Part shown: positions 1 through 9,091 of the stretch, in pieces
Layout of the letters: each line of letters starts with the position of its first letter
How positions within the stretch are numbered: position 1 is the stretch's first letter
Origin: an uncultured Clostridia bacterium
GTDB lineage: Bacteria > Bacillota > Clostridia > TANB77 > CAG-508
Direction: 5' to 3'
Assembly (NCBI GenBank): GCA_947306755.1
Contig: CAMZHI010000005.1
Location: forward strand, 1 to 60,369
Length of the DNA: 60,369 bases
Made by a program: the position numbers and the translations under genes
The notes under the pieces: model-generated
What the model was told of the DNA's origin: nothing
The model's database searches: none
What the model saw: only the letters and a program-made list of their open reading frames with translations

Positions 1-1965
1 ACGAAGAAGTAGTAGAAGTAAAAGATTTAGAAGGAAATAAAACAAAACAAACTATAAAAGTAAGCAATATAGATAAAACAGCACCAACAGTGTCAGTAAA
101 ATATAGTACAAAAGAACCAACAAATCAAAATGTGGTTGTAACAATAAAAGCAAAAGAACCGTTACAAGCAATAGATGGATGGACATTGTCAAGCAATGAA
201 GAAACATTAACAAAAACATACATGGAAAATACAACAGACGAAGAAGTAGTAGTAGTAAAAGATATAGCAGGAAATGAAACAAAAAAGACAATAAAAATAA
301 GCAATATAGATAAAACAGCACCAACAGTGTCAGTAAAATATAGTACAAAAGAACCAACAAATCAAAATGTGGTTGTAACAATAGAAGCAAAAGAACCATT
401 ACAAGCGATAAATGGATGGACATTGTCAAGTAATGAAGAAACATTAACAAAAACATACATGGAAAATACAACAGACGAAGAAGTAGTAGTAGTAAAAGAT
501 ATAGCAGGAAATGAAACAAAAAAGACAATAAAAATAAGTAATATAGATAAAACAGCACCGACAGTATCAGTAAAATATAGTACAAAAGAACCAACAAATC
601 AAAATGTGGTTGTAACAATAGAAGCAAAAGAACCATTACAAGCGATAAATGGATGGACATTGTCAAGTAATGAAGAAACATTAACAAAAACATACATGGA
701 AAATACAACAGACGAAGAAGTAATAGTAGTAAAAGATATAGCAGGAAATGAAACAAAAAAGACAATAAAAATAAGTAATATAGATAAAACAGCACCGACA
801 GTATCAGTAAAATATAGTACAAAAGAACCAACAAATCAAAATGTGGTTGTAACAATAAAAACAAGCGAACCGGTACAAGCAATAACCGGATGGACATTGT
901 CAAGTGATAAAAAAACATTAACAAAAACATATGAGGAGAATACAACAGACGAAGAAGTAATAGTAGTAAAAGATATAGCAGGAAATGAAACAAAAAAGAC
1001 AATAAAAATAAACAATATAGATAAAACAGCACCAACAGTGTCAGTAAAATATAGTACGAAAGAACCAACAAATCAAAATGTGGTTGTAACAATAGAAGCA
1101 AAAGAACCATTACAAGCGATAAATGGATGGACATTGTCAAGTAATGAAGAAACATTAACAAAAACATACATGGAAAATACAACAGACGAAGAAGTAATAG
1201 TAGTAAAAGATATAGCAGGAAATGAAACAAAAAAGACAATAAAAATAAGTAATATAGATAAAACAGCACCGACAGTATCAGTAAAATATAGTACAAAAGA
1301 ACCAACAAATCAAAACGTAATAGTAACTTTAACAACAAATGAACAAGTGCAAGCAATAAATGGTTGGGCATTATCACAAGATAAAAAACAACTAAGTAAA
1401 GAGTATTCAAATAATACAACAGAAACAATCACAATAAAAGATTTATTGGGAAATGGAACAAAACAAACAATAAAAATAAGCAATATAGATAAAACAGCAC
1501 CAACAGTGTCAGTAAAATATAGTACGAAAGAACCAACAAATCAAAATGTGGTTGTAACAATAGAAGCAAAAGAACCATTACAAGCGATAAATGGATGGAC
1601 ATTGTCAAGTAATGAAGAAACATTAACAAAAACATACATGGAAAATACAACAGACGAAGAAGTAATAGTAGTAAAAGATATAGCAGGAAATGAAACAAAA
1701 AAGACAATAAAAATAAGTAATATAGATAAAACAGCACCGACAGTATCAGTAAAATATAGTACAAAAGAACCAACAAATCAAAACGTAATAGTAACTTTAA
1801 CAACAAATGAACAAGTGCAAGCAATAAATGGTTGGGCATTATCACAAGATAAAAAACAACTAAGTAAAGAGTATTCAAATAATACAACAGAAACAATCAC
1901 AATAAAAGATTTATTGGGAAATGAAACAAAACAAATAGTTACAATAAACAATATAGATAAAACTC
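1..1965 (+). repeat. Near-identical coding tandem array, period 237 bp (two 231-bp variant units), with a nested 468-bp re-duplication
   Basis: The module boundary GCACC(A/G)ACAGT recurs at 81, 318, 555, 792, 1029, 1266, 1497 and 1734. Adjacent copies differ by only a few bases. Segment 1029-1496 is almost exactly repeated at 1497-1964. Confidence 0.95.
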
Positions 1966-2240
1966 CAGAACAAGTAAAAAAAGTAGGTGACATAAACGAA
2001 AACAATAAGATAGATATAGGGGATATATTATTATTAAAAAGACATATTGCATACACTAATAGTACTAGTGTAGCGAATAAACACTCAAATTGGAAGTTAA
2101 GTGATGAAAAAATAAAAGTAGGTGATCTTAATAAAAATGGTAAAATAGACATTGGAGATATACTAAAACTACAAAGATTTATTGCTGCAAGTAATAGCAA
2201 AGAAGTGGCGGAAAAACATAAAGATTGGTTAAATTTATAA
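3..2240 (+). CDS. Dockerin-bearing surface protein, 5'-truncated by the window edge: at least 9 tandem ~79-aa Ig-like modules plus a C-terminal dockerin
   Basis: The frame is open from base 3 with no start in the window; the ORF-track Met at 90 is internal. The product is a chain of modules each ending NIDKTAP. The last ~85 aa carry two GDxNxNxKIDIGDILxLxRxI segments, the Ca-loop/helix signature of type I dockerins. Stop is at 2238-2240. Confidence 0.8.
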   Translation, partial: EEVVEVKDLEGNKTKQTIKVSNIDKTAPTVSVKYSTKEPTNQNVVVTIKAKEPLQAIDGWTLSSNEETLTKTYMENTTDEEVVVVKDIAGNETKKTIKISNIDKTAPTVSVKYSTKEPTNQNVVVTIEAKEPLQAINGWTLSSNEETLTKTYMENTTDEEVVVVKDIAGNETKKTIKISNIDKTAPTVSVKYSTKEPTNQNVVVTIEAKEPLQAINGWTLSSNEETLTKTYMENTTDEEVIVVKDIAGNETKKTIKISNIDKTAPTVSVKYSTKEPTNQNVVVTIKTSEPVQAITGWTLSSDKKTLTKTYEENTTDEEVIVVKDIAGNETKKTIKINNIDKTAPTVSVKYSTKEPTNQNVVVTIEAKEPLQAINGWTLSSNEETLTKTYMENTTDEEVIVVKDIAGNETKKTIKISNIDKTAPTVSVKYSTKEPTNQNVIVTLTTNEQVQAINGWALSQDKKQLSKEYSNNTTETITIKDLLGNGTKQTIKISNIDKTAPTVSVKYSTKEPTNQNVVVTIEAKEPLQAINGWTLSSNEETLTKTYMENTTDEEVIVVKDIAGNETKKTIKISNIDKTAPTVSVKYSTKEPTNQNVIVTLTTNEQVQAINGWALSQDKKQLSKEYSNNTTETITIKDLLGNETKQIVTINNIDKTPEQVKKVGDINENNKIDIGDILLLKRHIAYTNSTSVANKHSNWKLSDEKIKVGDLNKNGKIDIGDILKLQRFIAASNSKEVAEKHKDWLNL

Positions 2241-2305
2241 TGAAAAAAATATAAATCAATTATAAAAACTAATAATTAATAACTTAGTACTATATAATTT
2301 CACTA

Positions 2306-2360
2306 TGTTACAAAAATGTAATAAAAATGTAAAGAAAGACTATGAAATGAGCTTCCGTAA
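2306..2360 (+). promoter_or_regulatory. Phased TGTAAYA-like direct repeats plus TTCCGTAA box upstream of the dockerin/LRR operon
   Basis: TGTTACA, TGTAATA and TGTAAAG start at 2306, 2317 and 2328, an exact 11-bp spacing. TTCCGTAA lies at 2353-2360. The same architecture occurs at 16886-16962 and 26780-26845. Confidence 0.4.
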
Positions 2361-2485
2361 AGAAAAATATGTAAAAGAGCCTAAAGAGCAAACTTTAGGT
2401 TCTTTACTTTTATATAATTAAGATGATAAAATTCAGAATGAATAAGTGTAATAAAAGCACTGACAAGAATAAGGAGAAAACTACT

Positions 2486-5400
2486 ATGAAACAAAAGGGT
2501 AAAAAAATGATTACATTATCAATAATATTATTTATAGTATTAAATAATATATTACCATTAGTTAATTATGCAGAATTTGATTTAGGTTCAATAAAAGATG
2601 CAATAGTTAAGGGATTAGATGAAAACCAAGAAGAAATTGGAAGAGAGTATGAGATAAAAGAAACAGAAGAGTGGGATATATCAGAAAATGGCGATGGAAG
2701 TGTAATAGCAAAATGGAAGTTAGAAGATAGATCTTTAACTATTTCTGGAACTGGTAAGATGAAAGACTGGGAATACAACTCAGTATCAGATTGGCATAAA
2801 AAGTATTATAGAATAATAGAAAAAATAGTAATTGAAAATGGAGTAACTGATATAGGAGAATTTGCATTTTATTATTGTAAGAACTTAACGAGTGTAAATA
2901 TACCTGAAAGTGTAGTTAGAATAGGTTCATTTGCATTTTATCAATGTAGTAATTTAACAAGTACAACAATACCAAATAGTGAAACAAGCATAGAAGATTC
3001 TACATATTATGGATGTAGCAGTTTAACTAATATTGAAATACCAAATAGTGTAACAAGCATAGGGCAAAGTGCATTTTATGGATGTAGTAGTTTAAAAAAA
3101 ATAATCATACCAAGTGGTGTAATAGATATAAGTGACAATGTGTTTAATGAATGTAACAATTTAACAGAAATAAATGTATCAGATAATAATAAACAATATG
3201 CAAGTATAGATGGAGTTCTATATAATAAAGAACAAACAGAAATAATAAGATATCCATTAAATAAAAATGAAAAAGAATATAATATACCAAATAGCGTAAC
3301 AACTATAAGAAATTATGCATTTTATGAATGTAGCAACCTAACAAAAATAACTATTCCTAAAAGTGTAACTAGTATAAGGAAAAGTGCTTTTGGTAAATGT
3401 GATAGTTTAAAAGAAATAACAATACCGGATACTGTAACAAATATTGAAAGCTATGCATTTTATAGATGTAGTAGTTTAATAAATCTAACAATACCAAATA
3501 GTATAACAAGTATAAGTGGCGCTGTATTTGAAGAGTGTCGTAGTTTAGCAAGTATAACAATACCAGAAAGTGTAACAAGTATAGGAGGGGATGCGTTTAA
3601 TGAATGTCGTAGTTTAACAAATATAACAATACCAGAAAGTGTAACAAGTATAGGAATGTATGCATTTAGAAATGTAAAAAGAATTATTTGTAAAACAAAT
3701 AGTTCTGCACATAAATATGCAGAAGAAAATAAGGTTAATTATATTTTATCTGATAATGTTGCAAGTAACTATACAACAGAATACCAGATAAAAGAAATTG
3801 AAGAATGGGATGTTTCAGAAAAAGGAGATAGAAGTGTAATAGCAAAATGGAAATTAGAAGATAGATCTATAACTATTTCAGGAATTGGAAAGATGAAAGG
3901 TTGGGATAATAGATTTAAAATAGACTGGAATAGATTGTATAATAGTATTATAGAAAAAGTAATAATTGAAAAGGGAGTAACCAATATTGGAGGTTATTCA
4001 TTTTCTGAATGTAGGAGTTTAACAAGTGTAATAATACCAGATAGTGTAACAGAAATAGAAGAATCTGCATTCTCTTCATGTAGTAGTTTAACAAGTATAA
4101 TAATACCAGATAGTGTAAAAAAGATAGGGTGGTGGGCATTTGAAGGATGTAGCAGCTTAACAAGTTTAAATATTCCAGAAAGTGTAACAGATTTAAAAAA
4201 AAATGTATTTATAGGATGTAGTAAACTGCAAGAAATAAATGTATCAGAAAACAATGAAAAATATATAAGTATAGATGGAATATTATATAATAAAGAAAAA
4301 ACTAAACTATTAAGATATCCATCAAATAAAAAAGATCAAGAATATAATATATTAAATACTGTAACAAGAATAGAAGATATTGCGTTTGAAGGGTGTAGCA
4401 ACTTAATAAGTATAGCAATACCAAATGATGTGACAATTATAGGAAATCATGCATTTGAAAATTGTAGAAATTTAACAAATATAACAATACCAAATAATGT
4501 AACAAATATAGGAGTGTCAGCATTTTCGGGATGTAGTAGTTTAACAAGTATAATAATACCAGAAAGTGTAAAAATAATAGAATGGAGGGCTTTTGAAGGA
4601 TGTAGCAGCTTAACAAGTATAGCAATACCAAATGGTGTAGAATATATAGAAAGTTCTTTATTTGAAGGATGTAGTAGTTTAAAAAATATAGTAATACCAG
4701 ATAGTGTAAAAGAAATAGAAGAATTTGCGTTCTCTAAATGTAGCAGTTTGACAAGTATAATAATTCCTGATGGGGTAACAAAAATAATGGAATCTACATT
4801 TTATGGATGTAGCAATTTAAAAAACATAATAATACCAGAAAGTATAAAAGAAATAGGAGAATGTGCATTTTGTGAATGTAATAGTTTAATAGATTTAAAA
4901 ATACCTAATAATGTAATCAACATTGAAGAAGAAGCTTTTGATGATGTAAAGAATATAGTTTGTAAAACAAATTCTTATGCTCATAAATATTTAGAGGAGA
5001 ACGAAATACCATATTTATTAGATGATAAAGTACCAACTGTAGCAGTAAAATATAGTATTTTAGAAAAAACAAATCAAAATGTAACTGTAACCTTTACAGC
5101 AAATGAAGAAATACGAGCTGTTGGAGGATGGATAGTATCACAAGATAAAAAACAACTTAGCAAAGAGTATTCAAATAATACAACACAAACAATAACAATA
5201 AAAGATATAGTAGGAAATGAGACAAAACAGACTATTACAATAAACAATATAGATAAAACAGCCCCAACAGTGTCAGTAAAATATAGTACGAAAGAACCAA
5301 CAAACCAAAATGTTATTGTAACAATAAACGCAGAAGAGCCGGTACAATCAATAAATGGATGGACATTGTCAAGTGATGAAAAAATATTAACAAAAACATA

Positions 5401-5770
5401 TAAGGAAAACATAACAGAAGAAATAGTAATAAAAGATATAGTAGGAAATGAGACCAAACAGACTATTACAATAAACAATATAGACAAAACTCCAGAACAA
5501 GTAAAAAAAGTAGGTGACATAAACGAAAACAATAAGATAGATATAGGGGATATATTATTATTAAAAAGACATATTGCATACACTAATAGTACTAGTGTAG
5601 CGAATAAACACTCAAATTGGAAGTTAAGTGATGAAAAAATAAAAATAGGAGATATTAATAAAAACGGAAAAATAGATATAGGGGATATATTGAAATTACA
5701 AAGATATATATCAGCAGGTAATAGTAAAGAGGTAGCAGAAAAACATAAAGAATGGTTGAATTTAGAGTGA
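2486..5770 (+). CDS. Secreted BspA-type leucine-rich-repeat protein (two LRR blocks) with two Ig-like modules and a C-terminal dockerin
   Basis: ATG 2486 follows AAGGAG (2471-2476); the in-frame extension back to 2423 has no RBS. There is a signal peptide (KKMITLSIILFIVLNNILPLVNYA). Two blocks each contain a WDxSxxGDxSVIAKW head followed by many 22-23-aa IPxSVTxIGxxAFxxCxxL repeats (LRR_5-like). Two modules match the upstream gene's Ig-like repeat. The dockerin tail is nearly identical to 1966-2237. Confidence 0.85.
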   Translation: MKQKGKKMITLSIILFIVLNNILPLVNYAEFDLGSIKDAIVKGLDENQEEIGREYEIKETEEWDISENGDGSVIAKWKLEDRSLTISGTGKMKDWEYNSVSDWHKKYYRIIEKIVIENGVTDIGEFAFYYCKNLTSVNIPESVVRIGSFAFYQCSNLTSTTIPNSETSIEDSTYYGCSSLTNIEIPNSVTSIGQSAFYGCSSLKKIIIPSGVIDISDNVFNECNNLTEINVSDNNKQYASIDGVLYNKEQTEIIRYPLNKNEKEYNIPNSVTTIRNYAFYECSNLTKITIPKSVTSIRKSAFGKCDSLKEITIPDTVTNIESYAFYRCSSLINLTIPNSITSISGAVFEECRSLASITIPESVTSIGGDAFNECRSLTNITIPESVTSIGMYAFRNVKRIICKTNSSAHKYAEENKVNYILSDNVASNYTTEYQIKEIEEWDVSEKGDRSVIAKWKLEDRSITISGIGKMKGWDNRFKIDWNRLYNSIIEKVIIEKGVTNIGGYSFSECRSLTSVIIPDSVTEIEESAFSSCSSLTSIIIPDSVKKIGWWAFEGCSSLTSLNIPESVTDLKKNVFIGCSKLQEINVSENNEKYISIDGILYNKEKTKLLRYPSNKKDQEYNILNTVTRIEDIAFEGCSNLISIAIPNDVTIIGNHAFENCRNLTNITIPNNVTNIGVSAFSGCSSLTSIIIPESVKIIEWRAFEGCSSLTSIAIPNGVEYIESSLFEGCSSLKNIVIPDSVKEIEEFAFSKCSSLTSIIIPDGVTKIMESTFYGCSNLKNIIIPESIKEIGECAFCECNSLIDLKIPNNVINIEEEAFDDVKNIVCKTNSYAHKYLEENEIPYLLDDKVPTVAVKYSILEKTNQNVTVTFTANEEIRAVGGWIVSQDKKQLSKEYSNNTTQTITIKDIVGNETKQTITINNIDKTAPTVSVKYSTKEPTNQNVIVTINAEEPVQSINGWTLSSDEKILTKTYKENITEEIVIKDIVGNETKQTITINNIDKTPEQVKKVGDINENNKIDIGDILLLKRHIAYTNSTSVANKHSNWKLSDEKIKIGDINKNGKIDIGDILKLQRYISAGNSKEVAEKHKEWLNLE

Positions 5771-5816
5771 ATAGGTGAAATCCAAGAATTGAAAAATAAA
5801 AGGGAGAAAAACTACT

Positions 5817-7496
5817 ATGCAAGAAAAAGGTAAAAAAATTATTTCATTATCAATAATCTTATTTATGGTATTAAATTATTTATTACCATTAGTTAACTAT
5901 GCAGAATTTGATTTAGGTTCTATAAAAGATGCAATAGTTAAAGTATTAGATGAAAACCAGGAAGAAATAGGAAGAGAGTATGAGATAAAAGAAACTGAAG
6001 AATGGGATATTTCACTAAATGGAGATAGAAGTGTAATTGCAAAATGGAAATTAGAAGATAGATCTTTAACTATTTCTGGAACTGGAAAGATGAAAGATTG
6101 GGAAGAAGATGAATTGCCAGACTGGCATAATAAATATAAAAATGTAATCGAAAAAGCAATAATTGAAAATGGAGTAACAAATATAGGAGAATTTGCATTT
6201 TATGAATGTAGTAGATTTACAGAAATATACTTGTCAGATAGTGTAACAAGTATAGGATGGAATGCATTTTATAAATGTATTGATTTTAGAGAAATAAATG
6301 TTTCGGAACATAATATGGAATATAGTAGTATTGATGGAGTATTATTTAATAAAGAAAAGACAGAATTGATTTCATATCCATTTAATAGAATGGAAGAAAA
6401 GTACTCTATACCAGATGGAGTACTATACATTGAAACAGAAGCTTTTTATGAATGTTGCAACTTAGTAAGCATAGAGATGCCTGAAAGTTTGACGACTATA
6501 GGAGATGGCGCATTTAATGGATGTAGTAAATTAACAGAAATAAATATTCCAGAAAGTGTATCATTTATAGGGTGGGGAGAATTTTATGGTTGTAAAAGCT
6601 TAAAAGCAATAAATGTATTAGAAAACAATACTGAATATTGTAGCATAGATGGAGTATTATTTAATAAAGAAAAGACAGAATTAATTGCTTATCCAGCTAA
6701 TAAAGAAGAAAAAAAGTACTCTATACCAGATGGTGTAACACATATAGATGAATATACATTTGAAGGATGCAGTAACTTAATAAAAATAGATATACCTTAC
6801 GGAGTAATAAGTATAGGAGATTTTGCATTTTCTAAATGCAGTAATTTAATATATCTGATTATACCAGAAAGTGTAACTAATATAGAAATAGGAGCATTTT
6901 ATGATGTAAATATAATAATTTGCAAAACTAATAGTGTTGCACATAAATACGCGCAACAGAATAATGTATCTTGTTTATTAGATGATGATGGACCAACAGT
7001 AACAATAAAGTATTATTTTAAAGAACCAGCGAACCAAATTGTAACAGTAACATTAACAGCAAATGAAGAAATTCGAGATGTTATAGGATGGACACTTTCA
7101 CAAGATAAAAAACAACTTAGTAAAGAATATTCAAATAATACAACAGAAACAATAACAATAAAAGATTTAGTGGGAAATGAAACAAAGCAAACTATAACAA
7201 TAAACGATATAGATAAAACTCCAGAACAAGTAAAAAAAGTGGGAGATGTCAATGAAAACAATAAGATAGATATAGGTGATATACTATTATTAAAAAGACA
7301 TATTGCATACACTAATAGTACTAGTGTAGCGAATAAACACTCAAATTGGAAGTTAAGTGATGAAAAAATAAAAATAGGTGATATTAATAAAAATGGTAAA
7401 ATAGACATTGGAGATATCTTAAAATTACAAAGATTTATTGCTGCAAGTAATAGCAAAGAAGTGGCGGAAAAACATAGAAACTGGTTAAATCTATAA
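5817..7496 (+). CDS. Secreted BspA-type LRR protein with one Ig-like module and a C-terminal dockerin
   Basis: RBS GGGAGA lies upstream of ATG 5817. The signal peptide and WDISxNGDRSVIAKW head are paralogous to the 2486 gene. It has LRR_5-like repeats and a dockerin tail GDVNENNKIDIGDILLLKRHI...GDINKNGKIDIGDILKLQRFI. Confidence 0.85.
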   Translation: MQEKGKKIISLSIILFMVLNYLLPLVNYAEFDLGSIKDAIVKVLDENQEEIGREYEIKETEEWDISLNGDRSVIAKWKLEDRSLTISGTGKMKDWEEDELPDWHNKYKNVIEKAIIENGVTNIGEFAFYECSRFTEIYLSDSVTSIGWNAFYKCIDFREINVSEHNMEYSSIDGVLFNKEKTELISYPFNRMEEKYSIPDGVLYIETEAFYECCNLVSIEMPESLTTIGDGAFNGCSKLTEINIPESVSFIGWGEFYGCKSLKAINVLENNTEYCSIDGVLFNKEKTELIAYPANKEEKKYSIPDGVTHIDEYTFEGCSNLIKIDIPYGVISIGDFAFSKCSNLIYLIIPESVTNIEIGAFYDVNIIICKTNSVAHKYAQQNNVSCLLDDDGPTVTIKYYFKEPANQIVTVTLTANEEIRDVIGWTLSQDKKQLSKEYSNNTTETITIKDLVGNETKQTITINDIDKTPEQVKKVGDVNENNKIDIGDILLLKRHIAYTNSTSVANKHSNWKLSDEKIKIGDINKNGKIDIGDILKLQRFIAASNSKEVAEKHRNWLNL

Positions 7497-7581
7497 AATT
7501 TCAAAAAATCATATAAAACTATTGAAATTTTATAAAAAATATGTAATACTAATTATAGTTTTACAAAAGGAGTAAATTATA

Positions 7582-8427
7582 ATGAAAAATAATGTTTTAA
7601 AAGTTTTAACTATATTGATTATAAGTATATTAATTATAGGAGTATTAAATAATAGCTATGCTGTTAGTGTATGTACTATTAAAGGTAACTTTTCACCAAA
7701 CAACCCAAATCCTGGGCAAGAAGTTACTATAGATATTTCAGCAACTGAAATTAATGAAGCTATTGCTGCTTTAGGTTTTATGTTAGAATATGATACAGAA
7801 AAATTCGATATTATAACTGTAACAGATACAGATTCATGGGAAATTGACCGAAGTGAAAACTCATTTACATTAGTAACAAAAAATAGAGAAGCTATAACAA
7901 ATACAGGAAAAATCGCTACTGTAAAATTAAAAGTTAAGGATAACGCTCCTATTTCAGAAAGTACTATAAAACTAACTAGTATTGAAGTTGCAACAGATGA
8001 TGGAGATTTAGTAAGCATAGGAGATATTTCTGAAACAATAAATATTACAGCAAAAGAAGAACAACAGGAAAATAAACCTTCTGGAAGCAATGATACTAAA
8101 CCAGAAGACAATAACCCAACTGATGTAGATTCTGAACGTGAGAATGAAAATACTAATAACAACAATAATGATAATCAAAATCAACAAGCCACAGAAAAAC
8201 CTGCTACTTCAACAGATGTAGATAGTAATAAAATAGTAGTTGTAAATGGAAATAAAAATAGCGGTTCATCAACAAAAGCTGAATCAACCAGTAAAGATAC
8301 ATCTACTACAAATAAATCATTACCAAAAACAGGAGCAAATATGATATATTATGCTATTGCAATAACTGTAGCTTTAATTGGAATGGTGGCAAGTTTTATG
8401 GCATATAGAAAATATAAAAATGTATAA
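7582..8427 (+). CDS. Cell-wall-anchored single-cohesin protein (signal peptide, cohesin-like domain, N/T/S/E-rich linker, LPKTG sorting signal)
   Basis: RBS AAAGGAG precedes the start. The segment NPNPGQEVTIDISATEINEAIAALGFMLEYDTEKFDIITV...GKIATVKLKVKDNAPISESTIKL follows the cohesin pattern (PGxxVxI...F.l.YD...l). LPKTG is at 8320-8334, followed by a hydrophobic stretch and RKYKNV. Confidence 0.7.
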   Translation: MKNNVLKVLTILIISILIIGVLNNSYAVSVCTIKGNFSPNNPNPGQEVTIDISATEINEAIAALGFMLEYDTEKFDIITVTDTDSWEIDRSENSFTLVTKNREAITNTGKIATVKLKVKDNAPISESTIKLTSIEVATDDGDLVSIGDISETINITAKEEQQENKPSGSNDTKPEDNNPTDVDSERENENTNNNNNDNQNQQATEKPATSTDVDSNKIVVVNGNKNSGSSTKAESTSKDTSTTNKSLPKTGANMIYYAIAITVALIGMVASFMAYRKYKNV

Positions 8428-8444
8428 GAAATAAATATAAAAAG

Positions 8445-8476
8445 GACTATATCTAATACAGATATAGTTTTTTTGT
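8445..8476 (+). terminator. Rho-independent terminator after the cohesin gene
   Basis: The stem ACTATATC/GATATAGT (8446-8453 and 8461-8468) is followed by a T-run. Confidence 0.6.
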
Positions 8477-8510
8477 TTACAGTATAGTAGGTAAAAAATT
8501 AAAGAGATAT

Positions 8511-8650
8511 TGTAGGGGCGATTTTAATCGCCCGAAATATTAATAATGGTAAAATGTATATAGCATAATAATAATAATAATAATATGCAAAATAGAAAAT
8601 ATAATTAAAATAGTGATATTTTTAGAAGGGCGATTAAAATCGCCCCTACA
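8511..8650. repeat. Inverted pair of GC-rich palindrome units (family C: GGGCGATT(TT/AA)AATCGCCC) bracketing ~90 bp of AT-rich DNA with an (ATA)n run
   Basis: TGTAGGGGCGATTTTAATCGCCC (8511-8533) is the reverse complement of GGGCGATTAAAATCGCCCCTACA (8628-8650). A third copy lies at 39598-39619. Confidence 0.75.
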
Positions 8651-8711
8651 TTTTTACAATTTTACGTTTTTAATGGACTGTAACTTTTTTATGAAAATAT
8701 GCATCTTTCAC

Positions 8712-8740
8712 TTGAAAAAAACTTAAAATGCATATATAAT
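8712..8740 (+). promoter_or_regulatory. Sigma-A-type promoter for the DUF4321/radC/mre cluster
   Basis: TTGAAA (8712-8717), a 17-nt spacer, then TATAAT (8735-8740). Confidence 0.5.
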
Positions 8741-8797
8741 ATAAAAGTCTTACAAAATATAAATCCGTAAGAAGAAATAACTAAGGAGGAATGAAGT

Positions 8798-9055
8798 ATG
8801 GCAGCAAGAGATAAAAATTTTTGGATTATGCTAATCTTTATATTATGTGGACTAGTAATAGGTGGGTTACTAGGGGATTTAGCAAGTAAGGTTAATGGCT
8901 TATGGTGGTTAGGCTATGGACAAGAATTTGGAATTACAAATCCATTAGTTTTAAATTTAAGCATTTTAACACTTACATTTGCATTTACAATAAAAATAAA
9001 TATTGCAAGTATTATTGGAATGGCAATAGGAATTTTTATTTATAGAAAAATATAA
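8798..9055 (+). CDS. Small two-TM membrane protein, DUF4321-like
   Basis: RBS AAGGAGG precedes the start. The 85-aa product has two hydrophobic spans and a GLWWLGYGQEFGI loop. Its position ahead of radC-mreB matches the clostridial context as I recall it. Confidence 0.5.
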   Translation: MAARDKNFWIMLIFILCGLVIGGLLGDLASKVNGLWWLGYGQEFGITNPLVLNLSILTLTFAFTIKINIASIIGMAIGIFIYRKI

Positions 9056-9091
9056 TAAAATAACAAATTTAGGGGCAGAAAGGATATTTAA

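Noticed and set aside
52-1896. Long Leu-rich minus-strand ORFs (52-1428, 1429-1896, 1778-2200) that look like a repetitive membrane protein
   Set aside because: They are the antisense reading of the AT-rich 237-bp coding repeats. They have no RBS and a pure L/F/Y/I composition, and the plus-strand frame encodes coherent Ig-like modules plus a dockerin.
2423-2485. N-terminal extension MIKFRMNKCNKSTDKNKEKTT of the LRR protein suggested by the ORF track
   Set aside because: No RBS precedes 2423. The AAGGAG at 2471-2476 sits in front of ATG 2486, and the signal peptide starts there.
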